64,000 nt of DNA from Vicinamibacteria bacterium (GCA_963422395.1 OY729431.1:1184001-1248000); one strand, 5' to 3'. Positions 40,850 to 51,016 are shown, counted from the first letter of the stretch. The notes: generated by a model not told the origin, from the sequence alone. Numbers and translations are program-made.

Positions 40850-41023
40850 CAGTCCGTGGATAAAGTGGTGCGAGCGCCAAGACCGGGGAGGCGCCTGGCT
40901 GACAAGGCGCGAATCGGGAGGCATACCGGGCGTATTCCGACGGATTCGCAACGAAGAGCGAAGCGGTTCAGCCGGGATGAATCGCCGGTCGACTGCCGTG
41001 TGACTTTGTCCACGGGCTGCTAG
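40846..41023. mobile_element. 178-bp MITE with 21-bp terminal inverted repeats, CTAG at both ends
   Basis: Left CTAGCAGTCCGTGGATAAAGT; right (reverse complement) CTAGCAGCCCGTGGACAAAGT, 19/21 identical; non-coding. Confidence 0.8.
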
Positions 41024-42507
41024 CGTACGGTTTGGGCGGTGCGCATCAGATAGGGCTCGACCCGTTCGAGGGGCGGTGGGTCGGTGCGGAGAGAGACTGC
41101 GATCAGGACCAGCACATTCGCTGCCGCCCCGTAGATGCCGGGATGGATCCCCAACGGGGCGAGGACGGGCCACAGGTTGCCCGCCAGCGTGACGGTACAG
41201 CCGGCGAGGAGTCCAGCGATGGCACCGGCCCGGCTCGCCCGACGCCAGAACATCGCGGCGATCATCAGCGGGAAGAACTGGGCGATGGCGCCGTACGACA
41301 GGAGCAGCAGCCCGACCAGCGACGCCTCGGAACCCACCGCGAAGTAGTAGGCGACCGAGGCCATCCCGAGCGCGGTCCAGCGGATGCGCCGGGTCTCGGC
41401 GGCGGGCGTCCGGCGGATGCGCCGGAGCGGGACTTCGAGATCCTTCACCAGCACCGACGCGCCGGCGTGGAGGATGGCGTCTCCCGAACTCATCGAGGCG
41501 GCGAGCGCGCCGGCGCAGAAGAGTCCCACGGTGAGCGCCGAGAGGTCGAGGTCCATGAGGATCGTCGGCAGGATGGTGTCCGCCGGCTCGACGCCGGGAT
41601 AGGCGGCGATCCCGGAGAATCCGATGAAGAGCACCGGAATCAGGAAGATCTGGAAGGTCGGATAGAAGACCACCATCCGCTTGAGGGTCCGGATGCTCCG
41701 GGCGGCGTAGATCTTCATGAAGTAGTGCGGCCATACGGAAAAGCCGAGTACCGAGATCAGCACCGCGCTCGAATAGGCGCCGAAGCCCCACGGTTCGCCC
41801 GCGGTGTCGAGGCCCGGGGCGGTCAGCATCTCGGGCGCTGCGGCTGCGAGTTCCTCGAACATCGGGCCGATCCCGCCGTGGAGCTTTAGAGGAAGGTAGA
41901 GCCCCAGCCCCCAGGCGAGCCCCAGCATCAGGATGCCCTGGAAGGTATTCGTCCAGCCGACGCCGAGCACGCCGCTCCGAGCCACATAGAGGAACACCAC
42001 CCCGTAGGCGAGGGCGGCGCCCGCCCACTCCGGCATCCGCCCCTCGGTCACCACCGAAAAGACATACCCGGCGCCCTTCATCTGGATCACGAGGTAGGGG
42101 ATGAGCGCCGCCGCGCTCATGATCGCCATGATCGCGGGGACCGCGCGCGGGCTCTCGAAACGGTGGGCGAAGAACTCCGCCTGAGTCACGAACCCGAAGC
42201 GGCGCCCGAGCATCGCGATCCGAGGACCGAGGAAGTACCACGGCAGCAGCCCCACCGTCCCGTAGGAGACGATGTAGAAGGCTGCTGCGCCGCGCGAGTA
42301 GGCCCAGCCGGGGGCGCCCAGGAACGCGAAGGCGCTGTAGATCGACGCCCCCATGATGAAGTAGAGGACGATGAAGCCCAGGCTTCGGTCGCCGGCCACG
42401 AACCCCTCGGGGGTGTTCGACATCCGGCGGCCCGAGGCGACCCCGATCGCCAGGGTGACGCCGAGGTAGGCGAGAGTCGTCAGGAAGACGATGACCCAGG
42501 GGTCCAT
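41020..42507 (-). CDS. Sodium:solute symporter family protein
   Basis: FVAGDRSLG, YSAFAFLGAPGWAY, GWTNTFQG, AASMSS; ~13 TM. Confidence 0.92.
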   Translation of the reverse strand: MDPWVIVFLTTLAYLGVTLAIGVASGRRMSNTPEGFVAGDRSLGFIVLYFIMGASIYSAFAFLGAPGWAYSRGAAAFYIVSYGTVGLLPWYFLGPRIAMLGRRFGFVTQAEFFAHRFESPRAVPAIMAIMSAAALIPYLVIQMKGAGYVFSVVTEGRMPEWAGAALAYGVVFLYVARSGVLGVGWTNTFQGILMLGLAWGLGLYLPLKLHGGIGPMFEELAAAAPEMLTAPGLDTAGEPWGFGAYSSAVLISVLGFSVWPHYFMKIYAARSIRTLKRMVVFYPTFQIFLIPVLFIGFSGIAAYPGVEPADTILPTILMDLDLSALTVGLFCAGALAASMSSGDAILHAGASVLVKDLEVPLRRIRRTPAAETRRIRWTALGMASVAYYFAVGSEASLVGLLLLSYGAIAQFFPLMIAAMFWRRASRAGAIAGLLAGCTVTLAGNLWPVLAPLGIHPGIYGAAANVLVLIAVSLRTDPPPLERVEPYLMRTAQTVR

Positions 42508-42552
42508 TCCGCAGCTTCCGAGCCGTCGCCGCCGACCTCGTGTCTTCGCCCG

Positions 42553-42786
42553 CTACCTTCGATACTCGCGGTCGAGGGCTTCGTCGTCCTCGCGATCGGC
42601 GGCGAACAGCGCGAGGAAGGTGCAGAAGACGGCGGCGATCATCAGCACCAGCCAGAACATCGAGAACGGCATCCCGAACACCAGCGGCCGGATTCCGCCG
42701 ACCCAGGGGTAGAGCGGCCAGATGCTCAGCAGGAGCACCGCCAGGGCGACGAGGAATCCGGTCCGGCGGCGCGCCGTGCGGCTCAT
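42553..42786 (-). CDS. Small 2-TM symporter accessory protein (DUF3311-like)
   Basis: PLVFGMPFSMFW motif, immediately upstream of the symporter. Confidence 0.75.
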   Translation of the reverse strand: MSRTARRRTGFLVALAVLLLSIWPLYPWVGGIRPLVFGMPFSMFWLVLMIAAVFCTFLALFAADREDDEALDREYRR

Positions 42787-43673
42787 GGCCGCTCCTCCTC
42801 CAGTTCGATCTCGAAGAGCGTCGGCCATTTCTTGCCGGTCACGAAGATCCGACGCTCCCCCGGGTCCCAGGCGATGCCGTTCAACACATCGCTTTCGGGA
42901 TGGCGGGAGGCCGCGGGAAGGAGGCCGTCGAGGTCCACGAAGGCGGTCACTTCTCCGGTGTCGGGCCGGATCCGGGCGATCCGGTCCTCGGTCCAGAGGT
43001 TGGCCCAGATCTCCCCCTCGATCCACTCCAGCTCGTTCAGCGAGAAGACCGGCGCGCCGTCGGCGGCCACCCGAAGCCGACGGACTTCGCGAAAAGTGTC
43101 CGGATCCCAGAAGCGGAGGGTGTCCGACCCGTCGCTCATCACCAGCTGCTCCCCGTCGAAGGTCAACCCCCAGCCCTCGCCGGAGTAACGGAACTCGCGC
43201 AGCAGCCGGAACGAGTCCCGGTCGTACACGAAGCCGAGGCCCGCCTTCCAGGTCAGCTGCACGATCCGGTCGCCGACGAGCGCTGCTCCTTCGCCGAAGA
43301 GCGAGGGAAGGAGCCGGCGCTCCTCGAGCACTTCGCCGGTCTCGACCGCGACCCGCCGCAGGCCCGATTCTCCGTGGAGTCCGGTGCTCTCGTAGAGGAA
43401 GCCGTCGTGGAAGAAGAGCCCCTGCGTGAACGCCTGCGGGTCGTGGGGAAACTCCCGGACCACCCGGTGCCGGAGCACGGGGGGCGGCGCCGCGGCCGGT
43501 GGTTCCGGCGGCACCGCCGCGGCCGCCGCCGGGTCGAGGAGGCCGATACCGGGAGAAGCGTCGCCGGGCGTGCCGCAACCGAGGAGCGCGAGGAGCGCGG
43601 GGACGGGCAGGAAGACGGGGAGAAGCGGAAAGATCCAGCGCTTTCGCCCCGGGCGGCCCATGCGGCGAATCAT
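42783..43673 (-). CDS. Glutaminyl-peptide cyclotransferase (bacterial/plant type), lipoprotein
   Basis: FPHDPQAFTQGL, YESTG, FGEG, QLTWK, GEGWGLT, LNELE, VLNGIA, VTGKKWP. Confidence 0.93.
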   Translation of the reverse strand: MIRRMGRPGRKRWIFPLLPVFLPVPALLALLGCGTPGDASPGIGLLDPAAAAAVPPEPPAAAPPPVLRHRVVREFPHDPQAFTQGLFFHDGFLYESTGLHGESGLRRVAVETGEVLEERRLLPSLFGEGAALVGDRIVQLTWKAGLGFVYDRDSFRLLREFRYSGEGWGLTFDGEQLVMSDGSDTLRFWDPDTFREVRRLRVAADGAPVFSLNELEWIEGEIWANLWTEDRIARIRPDTGEVTAFVDLDGLLPAASRHPESDVLNGIAWDPGERRIFVTGKKWPTLFEIELEEERP

Positions 43674-43750
43674 GGCACGCGGCCTGTGGATGAAGCGGCG
43701 CGGGTTCCGAGAGCGGTTCGGATCCCCCGGCGGCGTATCCTCCCCGCACC

Positions 43751-45082
43751 ATGGTCCAGGACCTCGGCGTCCGGTTCGCCGAACACCTCGACACCCGCCT
43801 CGATGGCGTCGCCGAGGATCTCCGGACGACCGGTTTCTCCGCTCTGCTGCTCGATGCCGGGAGTCCGCATTTCTACTTCCGCGACGACCAGCCGGCCCCC
43901 TTTCGGGCCGGAGCGCATTTCCTCCACTTCTGCCCGCTCGAAGGGCCCGGCCACCTGCTCTTGCTCCGCCCGGGCGAGGAACCGTTTCTGGCAGCCCTCT
44001 GCCCGAACGACTATTGGTACGAGAGCCCGAAAGTCGGGGACCCCTTCTGGGCGGGCGGCTTCCGCATCGTCGAATGCGGCAGCCGAAGACATCAGGCGGC
44101 CGAGATCGCGAAACGGCTCCCCCGGTCCCGCGCCGCCGCCATCGGCGAAAGCGCCGGGATCGCCGAGGCGCTCGGGCTTTCCCGGAACCCCGATTCGCTG
44201 CTTTCCCGACTCGACTGGCGGCGCGCCATCAAGACGGCCTACGAGGTCTCATGCATCAGCGAGGCGAACCGGATCGGCGCCGCAGGGCACCTTGCGGCTG
44301 CGGCGGTGTTCCACGAGGGGGGCAGCGAACTCGACATCCACCGTGCCTTCGTCGAGGCGGCCGGCAGCGTCGAAGCCGACCTTCCCTATCCGACGATCGT
44401 CGGGCTCGACGAGAAGGGTGCCGTGCTCCACTACGAAGGGAAGCGTCCCGACGCGCGAAACGGCAAGAGCCTGTTGCTCGACGCCGGCGCGAGAGTCCGG
44501 GGGTACGCCTCCGACATCACCAGGACCCACGCCGCAGAAGCCGCCGACGAGAGCTTCCGCTCGCTCCTCGCCGCCGTGGAGAAGGTCCAGCAGGTGCTCT
44601 GCGGCGAGGTCCGACCCGGCCGCCCCTGGGCGGAACTCCACCAGCAGGCGCATCATGCCCTCTCTGGAGTGCTCCGGGACGAGGGCATCCTTCGGATCTC
44701 CCCCGAGGCGGCAGTGGAAAGCGGGCTCAGCCGCGTCTTCTTCCCCCATGGTCTCGGCCACTTCCTCGGCCTCCAGGTCCACGATGTGGGGGGCTACCTC
44801 GCCGGGCCCGACGGCGGCCGCGTCCCCGCACCCGCGGCCTACCCCGCGCTGCGCAGCACCCGAACGCTCGCGGCGGGGCAGGTCCTCACGGTGGAACCCG
44901 GCCTCTACTTCATTCCGATGCTGCTGCACGAGTGGCGGACCGGCGAGGAATCGCAGCGCGCCGCAGTGCGCTGGGAGGCGGTCGAAGCGCTGCTTCCCTA
45001 CGGCGGGGTCCGCATCGAGGACGATGTGCTCGCGACCGAAACCGGCCCCCGCAATCTGACCCGGGAACACCTTCCGGCCTGA
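43751..45082 (+). CDS. pepQ: Xaa-Pro dipeptidase (prolidase)
   Basis: FRDDQ, LLDAGA..RGYASDITRT, FFPHGLGHFLGLQVHDVGG, TVEPGLYF, GGVRIEDD. Confidence 0.92.
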   Translation: MVQDLGVRFAEHLDTRLDGVAEDLRTTGFSALLLDAGSPHFYFRDDQPAPFRAGAHFLHFCPLEGPGHLLLLRPGEEPFLAALCPNDYWYESPKVGDPFWAGGFRIVECGSRRHQAAEIAKRLPRSRAAAIGESAGIAEALGLSRNPDSLLSRLDWRRAIKTAYEVSCISEANRIGAAGHLAAAAVFHEGGSELDIHRAFVEAAGSVEADLPYPTIVGLDEKGAVLHYEGKRPDARNGKSLLLDAGARVRGYASDITRTHAAEAADESFRSLLAAVEKVQQVLCGEVRPGRPWAELHQQAHHALSGVLRDEGILRISPEAAVESGLSRVFFPHGLGHFLGLQVHDVGGYLAGPDGGRVPAPAAYPALRSTRTLAAGQVLTVEPGLYFIPMLLHEWRTGEESQRAAVRWEAVEALLPYGGVRIEDDVLATETGPRNLTREHLPA

Positions 45083-45521
45083 CCGGGGGGTACTCCTCCG
45101 GCCGAGCCGCTCGGTGCCGGGCTCTCCGGGCCCGCTGTTCGGTTCCCAGTCGGCGGGTTCCCAGTCGGCGGGTCCGCCGCCGCGGGCGCGGCACCGAGGG
45201 ACCGGTCGGAAGCCGCGGAATCCTCGCACTCAGCGCCGCGCGGCTGACCCCCGCGATCCGGACCAGCTTCCGCGCGTGGAAAGTCCCGGAGACGATCTGG
45301 ATCGACTCGCTCGAAACTCGAAGCGTCCGGGAGAGGAGAGCAATGAGCCGCGCGTTGGACTCGTCCGGCTCTGTCGCTGCCGCGAGGAATGCCCGGACGC
45401 TGCCGTCCGCCAGCCGGCCGAGCCGTTCCGGCGAGCCCCCCGGCGTGACCCGGACCCGGAGCAACACGGCAACGATGAGGGGCTGCGCCTCCGCTGCCCC
45501 TGCGGCCCCGATGGGGGTCAT
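44910..45521 (-). CDS. DUF167 (YggU-like) protein, long C-terminal extension overlapping pepQ
   Basis: VRVTPG…ESNARLIALLS…IQIVSG..ARKLVRI; true 3' end uncertain. Confidence 0.6.
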   Translation of the reverse strand: MTPIGAAGAAEAQPLIVAVLLRVRVTPGGSPERLGRLADGSVRAFLAAATEPDESNARLIALLSRTLRVSSESIQIVSGTFHARKLVRIAGVSRAALSARIPRLPTGPSVPRPRRRTRRLGTRRLGTEQRARRARHRAARPEEYPPVRPEGVPGSDCGGRFRSRAHRPRCGPRRREAALRPPPSALRRAAIPRRSATRAAASE

Positions 45522-45575
45522 TCGGAAACCGCCGGGAGAACGGGCGGAAGCGGCCCGGAGGGCGGGGTGCCTGCT

Positions 45576-48500
45576 TCAGTGGGCGTTCGGGTGGGCATCG
45601 CTCTCGGTCTCGTCGTCTGCCTCTTCGGGTGTTTCCTCGGGGGGGCGGGGCCGGTCCAGCCGGATGGAGACGCCGCCGAAGAACTCGCTCGATTCGCGGG
45701 TTACCCGGTGGTCGCCGTCGAGCAGGTACTGCAGGATGGCAGTGTCCCAGGCGAGGCCGGCGGAGGCGACGAGCTCCATCCAGTCGCCGCGCGCCGGCTC
45801 GTCCGGGGCTTCGGTTCCACCGGCCCAGATGGTGATCCTGGGGTCGTAGGTGAAGTTCCTGCCGGACCCCGCGGCGCGGCGGCCCTTGATCGGCATGCCG
45901 ATGTTGACGCCGCCATGGAGGTCCATGCGGAAGGTCTCCGGGTCGAAATCCATGCCGTAGCGGCGGTAGCGGTCGTAGTTCCGGGCGTTCATCGCAGCCA
46001 CCGGGCCGGTGGACTGGATGGCGTCCATGATGTATCTGCGGATCTCGAGGGCAGCCGCCTTGTGGCGGGGGAGTTCGGGGTCATCCACCACATCGAAGCC
46101 GGGCATGAACCATCCCTTGTTGAAGCCCCAGTTTCGTTCGGTGCGGCGTCCGGCCCGGACGAGGCCGCTGAACTCGCTGAAGAGCTGCACCAGCTGATGC
46201 GCGGGGTAGCCGTGAGGGTTCAGGAAGATGTCGGGGAGCCACATCCGCCAGAGGCGGGGACGGACTTCGGCTTCGGGATAGATCGGCATCGGCTGGTCGC
46301 TGTCCGAGGTGGAGTCGATTCCGAGCGACCCCCAGTACCCCGCGTGGAGGATGTGTTCCGGGTTGATCTGGTGCATGTCCCAGGCGAGCTGGGCGCCGTC
46401 CGGGTTCTGGATCGGATGCACGATGACCTGCACCCGGTCCAGCGCCTTCCGGTGCTCCGGATCGGTGAGGATCCGCTCGGCGAGCCGCAGGACATGCGAG
46501 GTGGAGGAGACCTCGTTCGCGTGCTGTCGGGCGCTGTACACGATGGTCGGCTTCAACAGGCTGGCCTTCCGCTGGGACCAGTGAGAGGCTTCCAGCTCCG
46601 GCATCAGATCCATCGCCCAGATGGACTGTCCCAGGTAGCTTTCGCCGATCTGGTACACGGCGGCCTCGGGGAATTCGGACATGCGCGCCAGGATGCCGTA
46701 GGCCTCGGGGGGAGAGATCGGGGCGTCCCAGTGGACCAGCGGATCGCCGCTTCCGGTCTCGTTCCGGAAGGTCATGACATCGGGGAACGGGGGCGGCTCG
46801 CCGTTCGCGGGCAGCGTGGCCACCCGCTCGGTATCCGGCTCGTGGTCCCAGGTCCAGGAAGCGGCGAGCTGCAGCTCACGAAGGCCGGCGAACGCCAGTT
46901 CGTCGGCATAGAGCCCGGCGGTGCGGAGCTCGCCGAGGAGTTCCATCGTCCTCGTCGCCTGCGCCGCGGACAGGATCCGCTCGTCGGCGGCGTCCTCGCC
47001 GTGCCGCGAGACGAAGTAGTCCCGTTCGTCCGCATCGGTGTCCACCTTGACCCGCAGGCGCAGGCGGTCCACCCCGGAACCGCCGCTGCTCACTCGGGCC
47101 GCCATCGCGCGCGGCCGATCCACCTCGACCCGGGGGATGTTCCGCCGCACGGTTCCGCGCTGTCCGTCCGCGGTCCGGTACTCCACCACCACCGCCGGGC
47201 GGCCGGTGCGGAAGCCGGTGAAGCGGATGTGCGCGGTTCCCGGGGAGCCGTCGGTCTTGGGCCGCATCTCGGGAATCACCCGGCCGCCATAGGTCAGTTC
47301 GGTTCCCAGGGAGTTGCGGCCGAGGTGGCGGAGGAGGGTGTGGGTGACGAAATAGATGTCCTCGTGGAGGGCGTCGTGGGTGGATTCGATCTCCTGCTCC
47401 ACGCCCAACCGGCGCTCCGGCTCGGAAAGCGAGAGCACCACCTTCAGCTGACCGAAATAGGGCGCATCCACCGGGCCCCGGGGTTTCCCCTCGTGCTGCT
47501 CCATGAGGTGGTCGTAGAGCCGGGCGAGGGTGTCGGATTGGTAGTGGTCCCAAAACGCCTCGGCGTCGGTCCGAATCCGTTCGTCCAGCACCGTCCGGCC
47601 CTCCACTCGCGCGGTGAGGCCGCCGGTGGTCACCTGGATTCGCTCGTAGTCCGGATAGCGGTCGAGAAAGGGCCGCGAAACGAGCCGCGGCTCGAAAGTG
47701 TCGTTGAAGAGCACCTCTCCGTCCGCGCTCTCGGCGACCAGCTGGTAGGCCGGAGCGTCCTGCTCGGTGCGCATCTCGTAGCCGACCTGCGGCAGGTCGA
47801 GGCCGAGCCCTTCGGCGAGGATCTCGTCGGCGGGGAACATGGCGTGCTGCCAACGGAGCGGGGTGTGCATCGCCTGTTGCGGCCAGTCGGCCGGCGGCCG
47901 GTGCTCGCGGAACAGCAGCCGCACGCGGGCCGGTGGGTTCGGGCCGTCCCGGAGTTCGAGGAGCCTCGGAAGCACGACCTCCTCGATCCAGCCGTAGCCC
48001 TGCCGGTAGGCGGAGAGGATCACGATGTCTCGGGGAGATACCGCAGCTGCCCGACCCTCGAGGGCGGCGGCCAGCTCGTCCCGGAGCGAAGCCCGGACCT
48101 CCGCCGGCTCGCTCAGGTGGGCCACTACCCGGACGCGGTCGCCGCGCCCCACCGCGGGGAGCAGCCGGTCGCGCACCAGCCGTCGGAACTCCTCGACTTC
48201 CGATGGCACCGGGTACTCCTCCTCGTGGATCACGCGGGCGCCCTCCACATTCCGGTCGTCGAGTTCCAGGGCGGCTTCGCCGAGGCCCAGCCGTCCCGCG
48301 GCATCTTCGAGGAAGCCGGCGAGTCCCGGCGCCGGATCCTTCACCGACACCAGGATCCTGGAACTCTCGATTCCCAGGTGGGAGATCTCTCCGGCGATCT
48401 GCTCCAGCTTGTAGGCGGCGGCCGCGGCCTGCCCCCCGGGGCTTCGGGAGGACAGGAATTTCCAGGCAGCGAACTCGACGGCCTCCACCGTGGGGTGGTC

Positions 48501-49769
48501 CTTCTTGCGGTTCGAGGCATCGAGGTGGGGGAAGCTCACCGCCGTCTGGTGGAGAGCGCGGGCGAGACCGGCCGGGTCGCCGCCGGTGACCGCGAGCGCC
48601 GGCTTCTTCCCGAAGGCTCCGGGGACCACTCCGACGAAGCCCTCTCCCGCGCCGAGCGCGGGGATCTCCAGATCGGCGAGCAGGGGGTTCGCCGCAGCGG
48701 TGCCGACGACCACCAGCGTCGGGAACTCCTCCGGTTCTTCGACTGCTTCCGCGGGGATCGCCACTGGGAAATCCATGCCGGAGGACTCGAGTCCGAGCCG
48801 GGCGGCGAGCGCCAGCGCGCCTTCGGGGTCTTCGGCGGTGACCGCGAGCCGGGAGTCGAGCCGGTCCGGGATGCGATCTCCGTTCGCGTCGCCGAGCAAG
48901 CCGTCCGGCTCGTAGAGCACCCCCAGGTCGAGGTCTTTCTTCGCGCCCGATCCGGCCCGCGCCGGAATGGGGCCCGGTTCTCGGGGCCGCGGCGGGTGAG
49001 CGATCGAGGCCGCCGCCTCGCCGCCCGCGTGCGCCGCGACCACCCGAAGGACATCCAGGCTCTCGAACCGGAGGTCTTCACCGGCCGCTTCGGCGGCGGA
49101 ACCGATCCGGGCGGCAGCGTCGGCGCTCGCGGCGCTGATCCGGACTTCGGCGAACGCGAGCGAATCGGCGCCGGCTTCCAGCTCGACCCGCACGGTATGG
49201 GCCCCGCCGGCCGGGTCTTTCGCCGGGTCTCCCACCGCGCCGAGTACCGCTGCTTCCACCGCGTCGAGGGACTCACCCCCGAGACGGAAGACATGCGGCG
49301 CTCGGGAAGCGAGCCAGCTCGCAGCGGCAGCGAGACCGGCGGCGTCCCCGCCGCGGACGACCACCACGGCTTCGTCTCCGTTGGAGTGCAGCTCCACCGC
49401 GCCCCGTCCCGCGGCGAGCTGCCCGGGGCTCTCCGAGATCCCGAGCTCCGACGCGGCCGCCCCGCCGATCGCGATGGCCACCGGAGAGTCGTCGGGGAAC
49501 GGCAGATCGAGCGCCATGGTCTCGAAACCGAGACGAGCCGCGATCTCCGCTCCGGCGGCGACTTCCGCGGCTGAAGGCGCCCCGGACAGCACCACCCGAG
49601 CGCGGAGTCGGTCGGGTACCCCGTCCCCGTTCGTGTCGGCGGCGGCTCCCCCCGGCTCGTAGAGCGCGGCGAGAGAGTCGAGTGGGGAACCGGGTTGGGC
49701 GGTCGCCGCCGCGGCAGCGGCCCCCCCCAGCACGATGATGAAACTCGGAAAAACGGCGGAAGTACGCAT
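45576..49769 (-). CDS. Large exported M14 zinc carboxypeptidase-family protein
   Basis: Signal peptide; GESYLG, RQHANEVS (HxxE), NPDG, NPHG. Confidence 0.85.
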   Translation of the reverse strand: MRTSAVFPSFIIVLGGAAAAAATAQPGSPLDSLAALYEPGGAAADTNGDGVPDRLRARVVLSGAPSAAEVAAGAEIAARLGFETMALDLPFPDDSPVAIAIGGAAASELGISESPGQLAAGRGAVELHSNGDEAVVVVRGGDAAGLAAAASWLASRAPHVFRLGGESLDAVEAAVLGAVGDPAKDPAGGAHTVRVELEAGADSLAFAEVRISAASADAAARIGSAAEAAGEDLRFESLDVLRVVAAHAGGEAAASIAHPPRPREPGPIPARAGSGAKKDLDLGVLYEPDGLLGDANGDRIPDRLDSRLAVTAEDPEGALALAARLGLESSGMDFPVAIPAEAVEEPEEFPTLVVVGTAAANPLLADLEIPALGAGEGFVGVVPGAFGKKPALAVTGGDPAGLARALHQTAVSFPHLDASNRKKDHPTVEAVEFAAWKFLSSRSPGGQAAAAAYKLEQIAGEISHLGIESSRILVSVKDPAPGLAGFLEDAAGRLGLGEAALELDDRNVEGARVIHEEEYPVPSEVEEFRRLVRDRLLPAVGRGDRVRVVAHLSEPAEVRASLRDELAAALEGRAAAVSPRDIVILSAYRQGYGWIEEVVLPRLLELRDGPNPPARVRLLFREHRPPADWPQQAMHTPLRWQHAMFPADEILAEGLGLDLPQVGYEMRTEQDAPAYQLVAESADGEVLFNDTFEPRLVSRPFLDRYPDYERIQVTTGGLTARVEGRTVLDERIRTDAEAFWDHYQSDTLARLYDHLMEQHEGKPRGPVDAPYFGQLKVVLSLSEPERRLGVEQEIESTHDALHEDIYFVTHTLLRHLGRNSLGTELTYGGRVIPEMRPKTDGSPGTAHIRFTGFRTGRPAVVVEYRTADGQRGTVRRNIPRVEVDRPRAMAARVSSGGSGVDRLRLRVKVDTDADERDYFVSRHGEDAADERILSAAQATRTMELLGELRTAGLYADELAFAGLRELQLAASWTWDHEPDTERVATLPANGEPPPFPDVMTFRNETGSGDPLVHWDAPISPPEAYGILARMSEFPEAAVYQIGESYLGQSIWAMDLMPELEASHWSQRKASLLKPTIVYSARQHANEVSSTSHVLRLAERILTDPEHRKALDRVQVIVHPIQNPDGAQLAWDMHQINPEHILHAGYWGSLGIDSTSDSDQPMPIYPEAEVRPRLWRMWLPDIFLNPHGYPAHQLVQLFSEFSGLVRAGRRTERNWGFNKGWFMPGFDVVDDPELPRHKAAALEIRRYIMDAIQSTGPVAAMNARNYDRYRRYGMDFDPETFRMDLHGGVNIGMPIKGRRAAGSGRNFTYDPRITIWAGGTEAPDEPARGDWMELVASAGLAWDTAILQYLLDGDHRVTRESSEFFGGVSIRLDRPRPPEETPEEADDETESDAHPNAH

Positions 49770-49864
49770 TTCGCTGCCTCCTTCGACCCGGCTTCGACCC
49801 AGCTTCGACCGGACGGGCAACCGAGGCCGGCGATTGTAGGGGGTCGCCGGCTATCCTCCGGCCG

Positions 49865-51016
49865 ATGCGGGGGGCCGCGTTCCGGGAGCGAGCCGGCCAC
49901 CCGGTTCTCGGTCTGGCGGTGGTGGTTCTGCTCGCCGGTTGCCGGGGAGCGGGCGGCGGAGGGGACTGGCCGGGATCCGGGCCGACCCGCGACGCTCTGA
50001 CCACGCTCCACACTGCGGTGCGGGAGCGGGTGCTCGCCGGCGATCTCGCCCGGAGCGACGGTTTCGCCTATGCGGTGGACATCGGCGAGCTGATGCGGGT
50101 GGCGGCGCGGCTTTCGGATCGAGAGCTCTACGAGTCGCTTCGGGGGTTCGCGCTCCGCAGGCTGATCGTGGACGAACCCGACGATCCCTTCACTCGCGGC
50201 TTCGTGGTCTGGCGGCGGGCGCCGGGGCCGGGCGGTGATCCGCCGGACGCCTCGGGCACCACCGAGGCGCTTCGGGTCTCCGAGGGTCTTCGCGAAGGCG
50301 CCGCAGCATTCGACGCGCCCGAGGATCGGGAGCTGTCGCTCGTCGTGCTCGATGGCTACGCCCGCCACGCGAGCGAGGCGGGCGGACTGCTGCTGATCCG
50401 GAACTACTTCAACTTCGCAAGCCGTGACTTCGCCACGAATTCGTTCCTCGTGGACTACGGTCCCGACTACCTGGCGCGGGTGGCCCGCGCGACCGACCGG
50501 GAGGAACTCGCCCGGCTCGCGGCGCGAAGCTACGAGGTGGTTCGCGCCGCCCGCTCCCCGGCAGGACTTCTCTACGATGTGTTCCAGCCGGAGATGACCA
50601 CGCTCTTCGACGACGACCGGACAGTGCTCTTTTCCCCGAACGACATCGTCCAGACCTCGAATGCGGCGGCAGTGGCCGGGACCGCGCTGGAAGGCGCTCC
50701 CGAAGTGGCGGCGCGGGTGCTCCGGTTCTGCCGCGAGCGGATGCCGGGGCTGAAGCTCGCCTACTACGGGCGCACCGGCGAGGAAGCCCGGCAGAAGCGT
50801 CCGGGTATCGAAATCTGGGGGACTCTCACCGAGATGAGTGTCCGCAGCGGCGACCGGGCGGGAATCCGCGCCTTCGCCCCGTTCCTCGTGTCGAACGCCG
50901 CCCCACAGCGGATCCCCCGGGACGCCTTCCTCTATGTCGCAGCGCACCTGCTTCTCGGCCTCGATGCCCTCGACCGGCATTACCGCAGCGCGCGTCCGCT
51001 TCCGGGCCTCCCGTGA
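49865..51016 (+). CDS. Hypothetical lipoprotein
   Basis: Lipobox LLAGC; GC3-rich coding pattern; GTGA overlap with the next gene. Confidence 0.7.
   Translation: MRGAAFRERAGHPVLGLAVVVLLAGCRGAGGGGDWPGSGPTRDALTTLHTAVRERVLAGDLARSDGFAYAVDIGELMRVAARLSDRELYESLRGFALRRLIVDEPDDPFTRGFVVWRRAPGPGGDPPDASGTTEALRVSEGLREGAAAFDAPEDRELSLVVLDGYARHASEAGGLLLIRNYFNFASRDFATNSFLVDYGPDYLARVARATDREELARLAARSYEVVRAARSPAGLLYDVFQPEMTTLFDDDRTVLFSPNDIVQTSNAAAVAGTALEGAPEVAARVLRFCRERMPGLKLAYYGRTGEEARQKRPGIEIWGTLTEMSVRSGDRAGIRAFAPFLVSNAAPQRIPRDAFLYVAAHLLLGLDALDRHYRSARPLPGLP

Noticed and set aside
45141-45175. 15-bp tandem duplication GGTTCCCAGTCGGCG
   Set aside because: Two copies only; most simply replication slippage in a non-conserved tail.
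45114-49574. Very long alternative-frame ORFs (e.g. 1486 aa, 939 aa, 833 aa)
   Set aside because: Antisense or off-frame shadows of real genes in high-GC DNA, Arg/Pro/Gly-rich with no motifs.
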